From Massilicoli timonensis (GTDB taxonomy: Bacteria; Bacillota_I; Bacilli_A; Erysipelotrichales; Erysipelotrichaceae), in assembly GCF_900199515.1 (NCBI RefSeq), contig NZ_LT963434.1, forward strand, positions 24,057 through 56,056: a stretch of 32,000 bases of DNA. Reading direction: 5' to 3'. Made by a program: the position numbers and the translations under genes. The number at the start of each line of letters is the position of its first letter. Positions within the stretch are counted from its first letter, which is position 1. This document shows, piece by piece, positions 9,601-17,322 of this stretch. The notes below the pieces were generated by a model. It was not told the DNA's origin. It worked only from the letters and a program-made list of their open reading frames with translations, and ran no database searches.

Positions 9601-10199
9601 TCGGCTCACAGGCACGCATGGATACGCTCCATGAAAAGAGCTTAAAGGCTCTTCCGGATACCTTTACATCCGATCAGGCAATCACTCGAAAATTCCAGTA
9701 TATCGATCTTGTCGATATGAATGATGGCAATATTTGGGTCGGAACCGAAAATGAGAATGTTACGATCTATATGCCATATACAGATGAAATGACAAAAGAC
9801 GATACGATCGCCGTTACTTATTTTGATGGATTGACCAGAGATTATACGGTCAATATGGATCAGGCGGATCTAGATGCGGAAATCGCCAAAAGCAACGCTC
9901 ACGCCCTAAAGGTAACAAAAACCGATACCGGTATCTTATTCGATGTACCAAGCAAGCAATTCGGTCCATTTGAAGTAATGTGGCAGAAGCAAGCATCCGT
10001 TAGCAAGCCGGAAACACCGTCTGTGGATAAACCAAATGATCAGCCTTCTAACATCAAACCAACAGAATCAAAACCACAATCGCAAGTATCGACCGGCGAT
10101 GCTACCGATACAACGATCTGGCTGTCGTTGTTAGCCGTTTCTACGCTTGCCTTCGCAGTGATCGTCTTAAAGAACAAGAAACGCCGCAAGGCAGAATAA
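6648..10199 (+). CDS. Large secreted cell-surface protein (putative beta-helix adhesin) with an LPXTG-like C-terminal anchor signal
   Basis: The RBS AAAGGAG at 6633-6639 lies 8 nt before the ATG at 6648. The signal peptide is MCKKAWNRLAIFVISFLMLIAGIKNGYFVYA/LD. The central region has iterated G-rich coils (YGGG...VTGNVNVTIG, NIGGDVDVSYS, NIGGDVTVDLS) typical of parallel beta-helix adhesins. The C-terminus has a Pro/Ser linker, then QVSTGD, a hydrophobic segment and a KNKKRRKAE tail. Confidence 0.8.
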   Translation: MCKKAWNRLAIFVISFLMLIAGIKNGYFVYALDQEKHSGYQFVVTYDAEKRSAAITGNDANVDGSVKILSIATGDKTLDLAHPELTVTANGEYTFQIRYEQTTTVEGNKQTTQEEETLSVTVDEIEEESTKIIEESADQAMPKALSAPLAETVYEVANETQHNTAINKIASSAETKATIKFTSDINREIAIRGVAGKHITYQAADGVNAKVTINREITLEGDLTLDNVILDGSFSTTKEFYCGGHLFETTERTKTSDTISPEAYTIYGGGADGKDVTGGTNIILRGGVFNWVYGGGKNSNVTGNVNVTIGSMIAQDKSLVKFRRIYGGSLNGSINGNINLKYYSGTVSSGLVYGGSDGEKSAAPLEINGDINVQLGYAGMNNDVISYSSVTAAGRNTTVKNVNLAVYDNGNSTIYAGYDNTILGDVDLSVAGSGDKGHDIYAAGQGTMNIGGDVDVSYSFINTASSEYGFPTLEIISGGTANIGGDVTVDLSKTDQTYQFEKLSINHNSGTLNVAGDCVLNINANVKAGYLCGNRTDTRGNTANAKNTINFASGVQAKVGTIQECGNIFIKEQANVEINSNYFPVTIPSTSEEEGRGADPFSYCYHLTLEKGSVLNTRNVTCAILGNVVINEAEWWKKGTVAIRGNYTAHHAKLYIPAVISGQNYGTASSNAITLRIFGEAKGDSTVYLMDRTNWTETASVIGDNYIAALKLADDAPAQSVFVLHKENADDQHYLKRVDDVKYATYYMWQINREIVYDYQKIYAEDLSVYEGGLGTGSKGQGAVGNALPEPHWQMSFADMNIKVGDQEWSINDQGLPFTWEYRNLETGEVVKDSARAGVYGLYVYPLKDHENEIVSIGNQQALYLPADGWKAAEIKVRDITDNESADDLSNDMFKAVYNYHSPLAGRLRNMMVFSRALLSDHANSALNGTFDETTGTHSETCDQSQPHAHVYPGTKFLKNGKTDLPVNAYARIGLLWDDLLDDVLGSQARMDTLHEKSLKALPDTFTSDQAITRKFQYIDLVDMNDGNIWVGTENENVTIYMPYTDEMTKDDTIAVTYFDGLTRDYTVNMDQADLDAEIAKSNAHALKVTKTDTGILFDVPSKQFGPFEVMWQKQASVSKPETPSVDKPNDQPSNIKPTESKPQSQVSTGDATDTTIWLSLLAVSTLAFAVIVLKNKKRRKAE

Positions 10200-10242
10200 G
10201 CGCATGTGTTTATTGAATTAACGGTTAGAAAGAAATAAATAG

Positions 10243-10282
10243 AAGTCCGTAAGGGATCACGATCCTTGCGGGCTTTTGTTTT
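10243..10282 (+). terminator. Rho-independent terminator after the surface-protein gene
   Basis: An imperfect GC-rich hairpin (gtccgtaagggatc / gatccttgcgggc) is followed by ttttgtttt. Confidence 0.6.
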
Positions 10283-10325
10283 GCTTATAAAAGACAGATA
10301 GAACAGGAATTGTACTGCGTTTTCA

Positions 10326-10354
10326 TCATAATTCCCATCGCTTTCGCATACAGT
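10326..10354 (+). promoter_or_regulatory. Sigma-E-type (mother-cell) promoter candidate for spoIIP
   Basis: TCATAAT (10326-10332), a 14-nt spacer, then CATACAGT (10347-10354). The recalled B. subtilis sigma-E consensus is ZHATAXX-14-CATACAHT, so the match is 7/7 and 7/8 with exact spacing. Confidence 0.55.
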
Positions 10355-10373
10355 GGGTTGAAAGGGGCGCTAC

Positions 10374-11237
10374 ATGAAAACCACTGCCAAAATCGTTATA
10401 AAATGTTTGTTTCTCTGTGCTTTTCTCGCATTGACACCGTTTTTCGATGCGATCGGTTCAATGGTACATATGGAACACCGCATTCCTAATCTTTTATATA
10501 GCGATGACAAAGATGATGAAGAACGCTCATTGAAAGAGGAACTGAACGTGCTTTCTTCCCGTCAATTCCTTCAAGTTAATGAGCAGACTTTTACCTTTGA
10601 AACGACCAATGATGTAAAAAGCGCTGATCCTGATCCGACGTCATCGGATAAGCAGACAAATCCGGAAAGCAATGGCAAACGCATCTACATTTACAGCACC
10701 CATCAAAGTGAGGATTATTCCAATGAAGCGACGGTAATGGATGCGTCAGCGCTTTTGGCGAACAGCCTGCAAGAAAAAGGCTATCAGGTCGTCGTGGAAA
10801 CAAATGATTTTAATGCCTACGCCAGAGCCAACGGCTTTGACTACAATACCCTGTATCAGGTTTCCAATAAGTTTATCAATGACGCTTTTGTGGAATACGG
10901 CGGTTTTGATCTGGTAATTGATCTACATCGTGATGCGACCCCGCGCAGCGCCGCAATATTAGAAAAAGAAATCACTTATGCGAAGGTCATGTGTGTGATC
11001 GGCGGTTTGGCGGCTTATGCTGATGAAGTGAATCAGATGGCATTGACATTAACCGACATAATGAATGCCAAAGTCGATGGTATCATGAAATCCCCGATGA
11101 TCCGTGAAGCGTATTATAATCAAGGCATGGCACAGAATATGATCTTGATCGAGCTTGGTTCCAATACCAATACATTTGCGGAGATCGAAGCGAGCATTCC
11201 GGTTTTGGCAGAGGGCATTGATGAACTGTTGAGGTGA
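10374..11237 (+). CDS. spoIIP: Stage II sporulation protein P
   Basis: An N-terminal membrane segment is followed by the motifs KRIYIYSTHQSEDY and VIDLHRDA, typical of the SpoIIP family. The location in the gpr-spoIIP-lepA neighbourhood is conserved. Confidence 0.85.
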   Translation: MKTTAKIVIKCLFLCAFLALTPFFDAIGSMVHMEHRIPNLLYSDDKDDEERSLKEELNVLSSRQFLQVNEQTFTFETTNDVKSADPDPTSSDKQTNPESNGKRIYIYSTHQSEDYSNEATVMDASALLANSLQEKGYQVVVETNDFNAYARANGFDYNTLYQVSNKFINDAFVEYGGFDLVIDLHRDATPRSAAILEKEITYAKVMCVIGGLAAYADEVNQMALTLTDIMNAKVDGIMKSPMIREAYYNQGMAQNMILIELGSNTNTFAEIEASIPVLAEGIDELLR

Positions 11238-11241
11238 GAGG

Positions 11242-11523
11242 ATGAAACGATTTCTTTGTGATGCGTTGCTGGTGCTGGTGATCGTATCGATCATGCACTA
11301 TGATTTTGATCAAGAAGTAAGCGTGGAAGAACAAGTCCGTGATTTTGAAGCGGAAGTATCACGCGAACAGATCGTAAAGCCGAAAACAGAAACGGTGCGT
11401 TTACAGGATATCAAAGAAAACAAGGCGTCTGCATCGGCACGCGGGGTTTCGGAGTTTATCGTCGGTGTTACCGAGGAAGGCGCGCATCTGTTTGGCTCTT
11501 TGTTTGGGGGCATCTTGCAATAG
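11242..11523 (+). CDS. Small membrane protein, function unknown (occupies the position of YqxA in B. subtilis)
   Basis: A 93-aa ORF starts 4 nt after the spoIIP stop, with the RBS GAGGTGAGAGG. It has an N-terminal hydrophobic helix (FLCDALLVLVIVSIM). I recognise no motif, so the YqxA link is by position only. Confidence 0.5.
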   Translation: MKRFLCDALLVLVIVSIMHYDFDQEVSVEEQVRDFEAEVSREQIVKPKTETVRLQDIKENKASASARGVSEFIVGVTEEGAHLFGSLFGGILQ

Positions 11524-11528
11524 CGTTC

Positions 11529-11557
11529 TTTACGTGATAGAAAAAGCGTGATATACT
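11529..11557 (+). promoter_or_regulatory. Candidate sigma-A promoter of fmt
   Basis: TTTACG, a 17-nt spacer, then TATACT with an extended -10 (TGaTATACT). Confidence 0.45.
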
Positions 11558-11579
11558 CATTTGGGAATGAGGTGATACG

Positions 11580-12512
11580 ATGAAAGAAAGAATCGTATTT
11601 ATGGGAACACCTGTTTTTGCCTGTGCGATCTTGAAGTGTTTGAAAGAGGCGGATTACGATGTTGTACTGGTCGTTTCACAGCCTGATAAAAAAGTGGGAA
11701 GAAAACAACTGATTCAGGAAACGCCGGTGAAAGCGCTGGCGCAGACTTATGGAATCGAGGTATTTCAGCCGGAACGGATCAAAGATACGTATGAACAGAT
11801 CTTGCGTTATAGGCCGGATCTGATCGTAACCTGTGCTTATGGGCAGATGATCCCGGAAGCGCTCTTGCATGCACCGCGGCATGGGAGTATCAATGTGCAT
11901 GCTTCTTTATTGCCAAAGCTGAGAGGTGGTGCGCCGATCCATAAAGCGATCATCAACGGTGATTCACAAAGCGGCATATCCATTATGCGAATGGTCAAAC
12001 AGATGGATGCTGGAGCGGTCATGAAACAGGTCGCCGTGGCGATTACGCAGGATGATACGATGGGAACATTGAGCGAAAAGTTAGCCGATGCCGGCGGGAA
12101 GCTGTTGTTAGAGTGTCTGCCGCTGATCTTGCGTGATGAGGCGGTCTTTATTGAGCAGGATGAAAGTCAAGCGACATTCGCTTATAATATTTCCAAGGAA
12201 GAAGAAAAAATCGATTTTACCAGACCGTTACAAAACGTATATGACCAGATTCGCGGATTGATTCCTTCGCCGATCGGTTATGCGTTCCTAAACGGTAAAA
12301 AGATCAAATTTCATGCGGTGCGTAAAAAAGAACAAGCGCATGCGCATCAAAACGGTGAATTGGTCGGCATGATGGAAGGAGCGCTGGCGATTGCCTGTGA
12401 AGGCGGCTATCTATTGGTAGAAGAGCTGCAGATGGAAGGGAAAGCCAAGCTGGATGCGAAAAGCTTTTATAACGGCGCCGGTCGTAATTTGATCGGATCT
12501 TGCATAGTGTAA
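11580..12512 (+). CDS. fmt: Methionyl-tRNA formyltransferase
   Basis: IVFMGTPVFA, VVSQPDKKVGRK and NVHASLLPKLRGGAPIHKAIINGD are canonical Fmt motifs. The length is 310 aa. Confidence 0.92.
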   Translation: MKERIVFMGTPVFACAILKCLKEADYDVVLVVSQPDKKVGRKQLIQETPVKALAQTYGIEVFQPERIKDTYEQILRYRPDLIVTCAYGQMIPEALLHAPRHGSINVHASLLPKLRGGAPIHKAIINGDSQSGISIMRMVKQMDAGAVMKQVAVAITQDDTMGTLSEKLADAGGKLLLECLPLILRDEAVFIEQDESQATFAYNISKEEEKIDFTRPLQNVYDQIRGLIPSPIGYAFLNGKKIKFHAVRKKEQAHAHQNGELVGMMEGALAIACEGGYLLVEELQMEGKAKLDAKSFYNGAGRNLIGSCIV

Positions 12513-12518
12513 AAACTT

Positions 12519-12560
12519 GTGGATCATTTTCTCATTTTATGAGGATGATTCACTTTTTTT
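12519..12560 (+). terminator. Rho-independent terminator of fmt
   Basis: A long hairpin gtggatcat..tctcat / atgagg..atgattcac is followed by a 7-nt T-run (12554-12560). Confidence 0.85.
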
Positions 12561-12570
12561 CGGCTTTGAA

Positions 12571-12912
12571 ATGCTAACTAACAATATTGTAAATGGAATG
12601 TTTGATAATCTCAAGAAAGAGAATCCATCAAAGGATCATACGGATCATGATAGCCCGACATATTATAATGAATTAGTATCCTTGAAAGTAGAAACAACTG
12701 ATAAGAAAGTAATGTTGGGAACAAACACGCTTGCATATGCTTTTGATCCTACCGGCGATGCAGTTAGAAATCAGTATTGGTTTAATAAATTAGTATCGAT
12801 TGATTTAAGCGGCCTAGATACTAGTAGTGTTACGAATATGGCTTATATGTTTGCGTATTGTTTATTCAAAACCTCTCAAAAGCTTTATAACTTGGTACGA
12901 CATTGTTTGTGA
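12571..12912 (+). pseudogene. Fragment of a DUF285/BspA-type leucine-rich-repeat surface protein
   Basis: The ORF contains one repeat signature, LVSIDLSGLDTSSVTNMAYMFAYC. It has no signal peptide and no further repeats. Similarity stops at about 12862, where transposase-derived sequence on the other strand begins. The upstream part of the track ORF overlaps the fmt terminator. Confidence 0.6.
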
Positions 12913-13207
12913 TCGCTCTGAATCTTAGATCATACTTGCATAACTCCTCTAATTCACGTAAAGAGGCATAGCCTCCGTTTACGAAAGCCAATATAATACA
13001 AGCAAGCATCATACCCGGGTGATAAGCACGTTTATCATAATTATGTAAATCAATATATTTATTTAGATCGATCCTTTCCATAATCTCCATAACTGTTCTT
13101 GACAAATCACACTTATCAACATTTTTTTCATAAGAATAAGTAAAATCTAGTAGCATATATGGTTGAAATACGCTATAATTCTCTTGGTTAATTTGTGTAC
13201 TGGTCAT
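12866..13207 (-). pseudogene. N-terminal fragment of an IS1182/IS5-like transposase (DUF772-type N-terminus)
   Basis: RAYHPGMMLACIILAFVNGGYASLRELEELCKYDLRFRAIT matches the conserved N-terminal domain of IS1182-type transposases. Only about 113 aa remain and there is no DDE domain. The ATG is at 13207, and the region is AT-rich. Confidence 0.65.
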
Positions 13208-13367
13208 ACTTAAATTATACCAAAAAAACATGTTTTCTTCTTTGTGAAGTCCACATGTTTTTTTATTTTTGTGCTGTCTATCTGTCACAGCCCCTTTATG
13301 ACGATCAGCAAGTGGTGAAACGATCCATACAAGCAAAGCAAATACCGTTTTCGCTTTCTATCGATCA

Positions 13368-13396
13368 TTGACAAGCAAGATGATTTTCATTATGAT
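13368..13396 (+). promoter_or_regulatory. Candidate sigma-A promoter of the threonine/serine dehydratase gene
   Basis: TTGACA (13368-13373), a 17-nt spacer, then TATGAT (13391-13396). Confidence 0.5.
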
Positions 13397-13430
13397 GAAA
13401 GCAAGAAACAAAAGAAGAGGAGCGATCATC

Positions 13431-14408
13431 ATGAAACGATCATTTTGTGGGCAGGATGTCATAGATGCCTATGCCCGTATTGCTGATTATGTTGAGGAAA
13501 CGCCGCTTGTGCATTCCATGTATTTAAGCAATGCACAGCAGAATGTCTATTTGAAGATGGAATCATTACAAAGTACCAAGAGTTTTAAGATCAGAGGATG
13601 CTTAAATAAAATGCTTTCCTTGAACGATGAGGAAAAAGCCAAAGGAGTCATTACGGTATCAAGTGGAAATCATGGCGTCAGTGTCGCGTATGGTGCGAAA
13701 TTACTGGGGATCAGGGAAGCGGTCATCATTGTACCGAAGACCACGCCGCAAAGCAAGGTCGATAAGATTCGCTATTTCGGCGGACAGGTCATGATGATGG
13801 GACAAAATTATGATGAAGCGCATGTGCAGGGCATGCAGTATGTGAAAAGTCATGACTATACGTTTATTGATTCTTATTATGATGATCCTTTCATCTATGC
13901 GGGGCAAGGCACGATTGCGCTTGAGATCTTAAAGCAAAATCCGCAGATCGATACGATACTGGTGCCGGTGGGCGGAGGCGGCATGCTTACCGGGATCGCT
14001 GTTGCGGCACATCAGATCGATCCAAAGGTACAAGTGATCGGGGTGCAGACTGCCGCTTGTCCGGCGTTGGTAAAGTCTTATCAAGAGCACCATTTTTATG
14101 AAGAGTGTAAAAGCGCGCCTTCTATCTGTGATGCGCTGATCGGAGGAATCGGTAAGCTCTGCTATGAGATGGCAAAGGATTATATCGCCGATCTGCTTAC
14201 CGTGGAAGAAGAAACGATCAGAAAAGCGGTTGCACATATCATCAATTATGAAAAATTCGTCGTTGAACCGGGCGGTGCGGTCGGTGTGGCGGCACTGTTT
14301 GAAAAGCGGGAACACATCAAAGGGAGAAATATTGCCATTGTGCTATCCGGCGGTAATATCAATGAAACGTTGATGTTAGAAATTCTGAATGAACAGGCAA
14401 AGCAGTGA
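13431..14408 (+). CDS. PLP-dependent threonine/serine ammonia-lyase family enzyme (short, catabolic-type)
   Basis: ETPLVHS, the PLP-lysine motif SFKIRG, SSGNHG and the glycine loop PVGGGGM. The 325-aa product lacks a regulatory ACT domain. The RBS AGAGGAG lies 8 nt before the ATG at 13431. Substrate cannot be assigned from sequence alone. Confidence 0.8.
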   Translation: MKRSFCGQDVIDAYARIADYVEETPLVHSMYLSNAQQNVYLKMESLQSTKSFKIRGCLNKMLSLNDEEKAKGVITVSSGNHGVSVAYGAKLLGIREAVIIVPKTTPQSKVDKIRYFGGQVMMMGQNYDEAHVQGMQYVKSHDYTFIDSYYDDPFIYAGQGTIALEILKQNPQIDTILVPVGGGGMLTGIAVAAHQIDPKVQVIGVQTAACPALVKSYQEHHFYEECKSAPSICDALIGGIGKLCYEMAKDYIADLLTVEEETIRKAVAHIINYEKFVVEPGGAVGVAALFEKREHIKGRNIAIVLSGGNINETLMLEILNEQAKQ

Positions 14409-14415
14409 TAAAAGC

Positions 14416-14447
14416 GCATTCGTATCGTAAAAGCGAATGCTTTTTTT
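14416..14447 (+). terminator. Rho-independent terminator
   Basis: The stem gcattcg / cgaatgc is followed by a 7-nt T-run (14441-14447). Confidence 0.65.
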
Positions 14448-14529
14448 CATGGTCAAACGATGGAATGGGGAATGTAAGTGCAAGGGGAAGCTGTTTTGGT
14501 AAGGGAGAAATACCTTTTTGCGGCCTTAC

Positions 14530-14558
14530 TTGCGGGAATATGTTTTTTCCTGTATAAT
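14530..14558 (+). promoter_or_regulatory. Candidate sigma-A promoter of lepA
   Basis: TTGCGG, a 17-nt spacer, then TATAAT (14553-14558), directly preceded by TG. Confidence 0.5.
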
Positions 14559-14584
14559 AGGGCGTGCTTTTAAGGAAAGGAATG

Positions 14585-16393
14585 ATGTCTGTGGATCAGA
14601 AATATGTGCGCAATTTTTCGATCATTGCCCATATCGATCATGGGAAATCAACGCTGGCAGATCGGATCCTGGAAATTACGGATACCGTGCAGCAGCGTGA
14701 TATGAAAAGTCAGCTGCTTGATTCAATGGATCTGGAGCGGGAACGCGGCATTACGATCAAGTTGAATGCGGTGCAGCTGTCCTATCACGCGAAAGATGGA
14801 CATGATTATTTGTTTCATTTGATCGATACGCCGGGACATGTCGATTTTACTTATGAAGTATCACGTTCTTTAGCGGCTTGCGAAGGGGCGATCCTGGTCG
14901 TGGATGCGGCACAGGGAATCGAAGCACAGACATTGGCAAATGTATATTTGGCGCTTGATAATGATCTGGAGATCATACCGGTCATCAATAAAATCGATTT
15001 GCCGAGCGCGCAGCCGGAGCTGGTAAAAGAGGAAATCGAAAATGTGATCGGATTAGATGCGAGCGATGCGCCTTTGATCTCAGCGAAAAGCGGTCTGCAT
15101 ATTGAAGACGTATTGGAGGCGATCGTAGCCAAAATCCCTTCTCCTCATGGCGATCCGCAGGCACCGCTGCAAGCGCTGGTCTTTGACTCGGTGTATGATG
15201 CTTATCGCGGAGTCATCGCTTATGTGCGCATCAAAGAGGGAAGCGTGAAAATCGGCGATCAGATTTCCTTTATGTCTACCGGCGCCGTTTATGAGGTGCT
15301 GGAGGTCGGTGTGCATACGCCTAAGGAAGTCAAAAAGCAGGAACTGCAATGCGGAGAGGTCGGCTGGATTTCCGCAAGCATCAAATCGATCAAAGATGTG
15401 CGGGTCGGCGATACGATCACCAATGCAAAGCGTCCTGCGAAAGCGCCGCTGGCCGGTTATCGGGTCATGAATCCGATGGTGTACTGCGGCTTGTATCCGA
15501 TTGATTCTGCGAAGTATAACGATCTGCGCGATGCACTGGAAAAATTGCAGTTAAATGATTCTTCGCTTGTCTTTGAGGCAGAAACTTCACAGGCGCTGGG
15601 CTTTGGATTTCGCTGTGGCTTCTTGGGACTGCTGCACATGGATGTGATTCAGGAGCGTATCGAACGTGAATATCACATTGATTTGATTGCAACTGCGCCT
15701 TCGGTTGTCTATCATGCCTATTTAAGTGATGGCAGCATGGTGGAGATCGACAATCCTTCGATGCTTCCGGATATGACAAAGCTCGATCACATTGAAGAAC
15801 CGTTTGTCAAAGCGAGCATCATGACGCCCAACGCTTATATCGGGGCAATCATGGAGCTGTGTCAGAAGAAACGCGGTTTTTACAAAGATATGACCTATAT
15901 TGATGATTCCCGCATGAATATCATCTATGAACTGCCTTTAGGTGAAATCGTCTTTGATTTCTTTGATAAGCTGAAATCGGCGACACGTGGCTATGCGTCG
16001 TTTGATTATGAATTTATCGGTTATCGCACCAATCGTTTGGTAAAAATGGATATTTTGTTGAATGGTGATGTCATTGACGCACTGTCCTGTATCGTACATC
16101 GTGATTTCGCTTATCCAAGAGGCAAAGCGATCTGCGAAAAATTGAAGCAGCTGATTCCAAAGCAGCAGTTTGAAATACCGGTACAGGCGGCGATCAACAA
16201 TAAGATCATTGCTCGCAGTGATATCAAAGCGCTGCGAAAAAATGTGTTGGCGAAGTGCTACGGCGGCGATATTTCCCGTAAAAAGAAGCTGCTGGAAAAA
16301 CAGAAAGAAGGAAAGAAGCGCATGAAGGCGATCGGCAGTGTAGAGGTGCCGCAGGAAGCGTTTATGGCAGTGCTTTCCATGGATGAAGAATAA
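14585..16393 (+). CDS. lepA: Translation elongation factor 4 (LepA)
   Basis: [19 protein letters not shown] (G1), DTPGHVDF (G3), NKID (G4), and a conserved C-terminus ending [15 protein letters not shown]. The start is either 14585 or 14582 (tandem ATGs after AAGGA). The track ORF start at 14564 is unlikely. Confidence 0.95.
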   Translation: MSVDQKYVRNFSIIAHIDHGKSTLADRILEITDTVQQRDMKSQLLDSMDLERERGITIKLNAVQLSYHAKDGHDYLFHLIDTPGHVDFTYEVSRSLAACEGAILVVDAAQGIEAQTLANVYLALDNDLEIIPVINKIDLPSAQPELVKEEIENVIGLDASDAPLISAKSGLHIEDVLEAIVAKIPSPHGDPQAPLQALVFDSVYDAYRGVIAYVRIKEGSVKIGDQISFMSTGAVYEVLEVGVHTPKEVKKQELQCGEVGWISASIKSIKDVRVGDTITNAKRPAKAPLAGYRVMNPMVYCGLYPIDSAKYNDLRDALEKLQLNDSSLVFEAETSQALGFGFRCGFLGLLHMDVIQERIEREYHIDLIATAPSVVYHAYLSDGSMVEIDNPSMLPDMTKLDHIEEPFVKASIMTPNAYIGAIMELCQKKRGFYKDMTYIDDSRMNIIYELPLGEIVFDFFDKLKSATRGYASFDYEFIGYRTNRLVKMDILLNGDVIDALSCIVHRDFAYPRGKAICEKLKQLIPKQQFEIPVQAAINNKIIARSDIKALRKNVLAKCYGGDISRKKKLLEKQKEGKKRMKAIGSVEVPQEAFMAVLSMDEE

Positions 16394-16394
16394 G

Positions 16395-16424
16395 AAACTG
16401 TGCCTGTTGAGACACAGTTTTTTT
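16395..16424 (+). terminator. Rho-independent terminator of lepA
   Basis: The stem aaactgtg / cacagttt is followed by a T-run extending to 16424. Confidence 0.8.
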
Positions 16425-16509
16425 AACGGATACTGACTTCTTTTTACCTGTTTTGTCGAAAATGTCAGTTGCTGATGGTTCTTGTGATAGGATAAAGCGG
16501 GTGATCATT

Positions 16510-17310
16510 ATGTATGAAACGATCAAGCAGTATTCGGAAAATGCCTATCTCAGCAAGTCAGCGTTAGCGAAGCGTTTTTCCGGCGTGGAATTAGATGCTT
16601 TGTGGAAAGAGATCCTAACGTATCGTGCGCTGTTTCAGGAACAGATCGTCTGTTATGGAAAAACGTATGTATTGACGATGAATCCCTTTGTCTATCGAAA
16701 ACTGCTTCTGCTCAGTGAACGGTTTTACCAAAGTGAGAGCATAGCGGTGATTTCTGAACATGAGCTGTGGCATCATTTCTATCTGCGCTTCAAAGATACG
16801 CTGGATCCTTATCATCTGCGGCTGTTATGTGAGGAACGAAATTGCTTGCTCCTGCGTCTTTATTTTTGTCTTTGCTTCTCTAAAAAAACGGCGCTTCCCT
16901 TGTTTGAACAGATGCTTGCCTATCATCAGTGCCATCATTTCCTGTCATGCAAGGAAAGTGAAGCAGACTTACTTTTTCATGAAGAAGATGGAAATGATCT
17001 AACGTATGGATTACTGCGGTTTTTAGAATTTGTGCGTTTGCATCTATCGGAAAGAGTGGTATCATATAGCCATGAACAAAATGCGGGCCGATCGCTCATG
17101 ACGCTGAAAGAATGCTGGCCGCAGCTTGGCGAGGCGCAGCTGCGCTTTTATTTATCGCATCAGAAAGCAGGACACTATTATACGATCCATGATTACATGG
17201 AACAGCAGAAAGTCTGTTATGAAACAGCGAGACAGGCGATGGAAGGACTGTGCACGGCGCGTTTTTATCGCAAGCAGAAGATCGGGAAGCGTTTTGTCTA
17301 TTGCTTATAA
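16510..17310 (+). CDS. Fic-like protein with a degenerate active-site motif and a C-terminal winged-helix domain
   Basis: Residues 156-167, FHEEDGNDLTYG, align to the Fic motif HPFxDGNGRxxR but lack the His and both Arg. The C-terminus YTIHDYMEQQKVCYETARQAMEGLCTARFYRKQKIGKRFVY resembles the wHTH tail of many Fic proteins. The start is set at the ATG at 16510. Confidence 0.55.
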   Translation: MYETIKQYSENAYLSKSALAKRFSGVELDALWKEILTYRALFQEQIVCYGKTYVLTMNPFVYRKLLLLSERFYQSESIAVISEHELWHHFYLRFKDTLDPYHLRLLCEERNCLLLRLYFCLCFSKKTALPLFEQMLAYHQCHHFLSCKESEADLLFHEEDGNDLTYGLLRFLEFVRLHLSERVVSYSHEQNAGRSLMTLKECWPQLGEAQLRFYLSHQKAGHYYTIHDYMEQQKVCYETARQAMEGLCTARFYRKQKIGKRFVYCL

Positions 17311-17322
17311 GGAGGGCATGGC

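Noticed and set aside
12517-12570. N-terminal extension (MWIIFSFYEDDSLFFGFE) of the DUF285-fragment ORF
   Set aside because: It is the translation of the fmt terminator hairpin and its T-run, so it is not coding.
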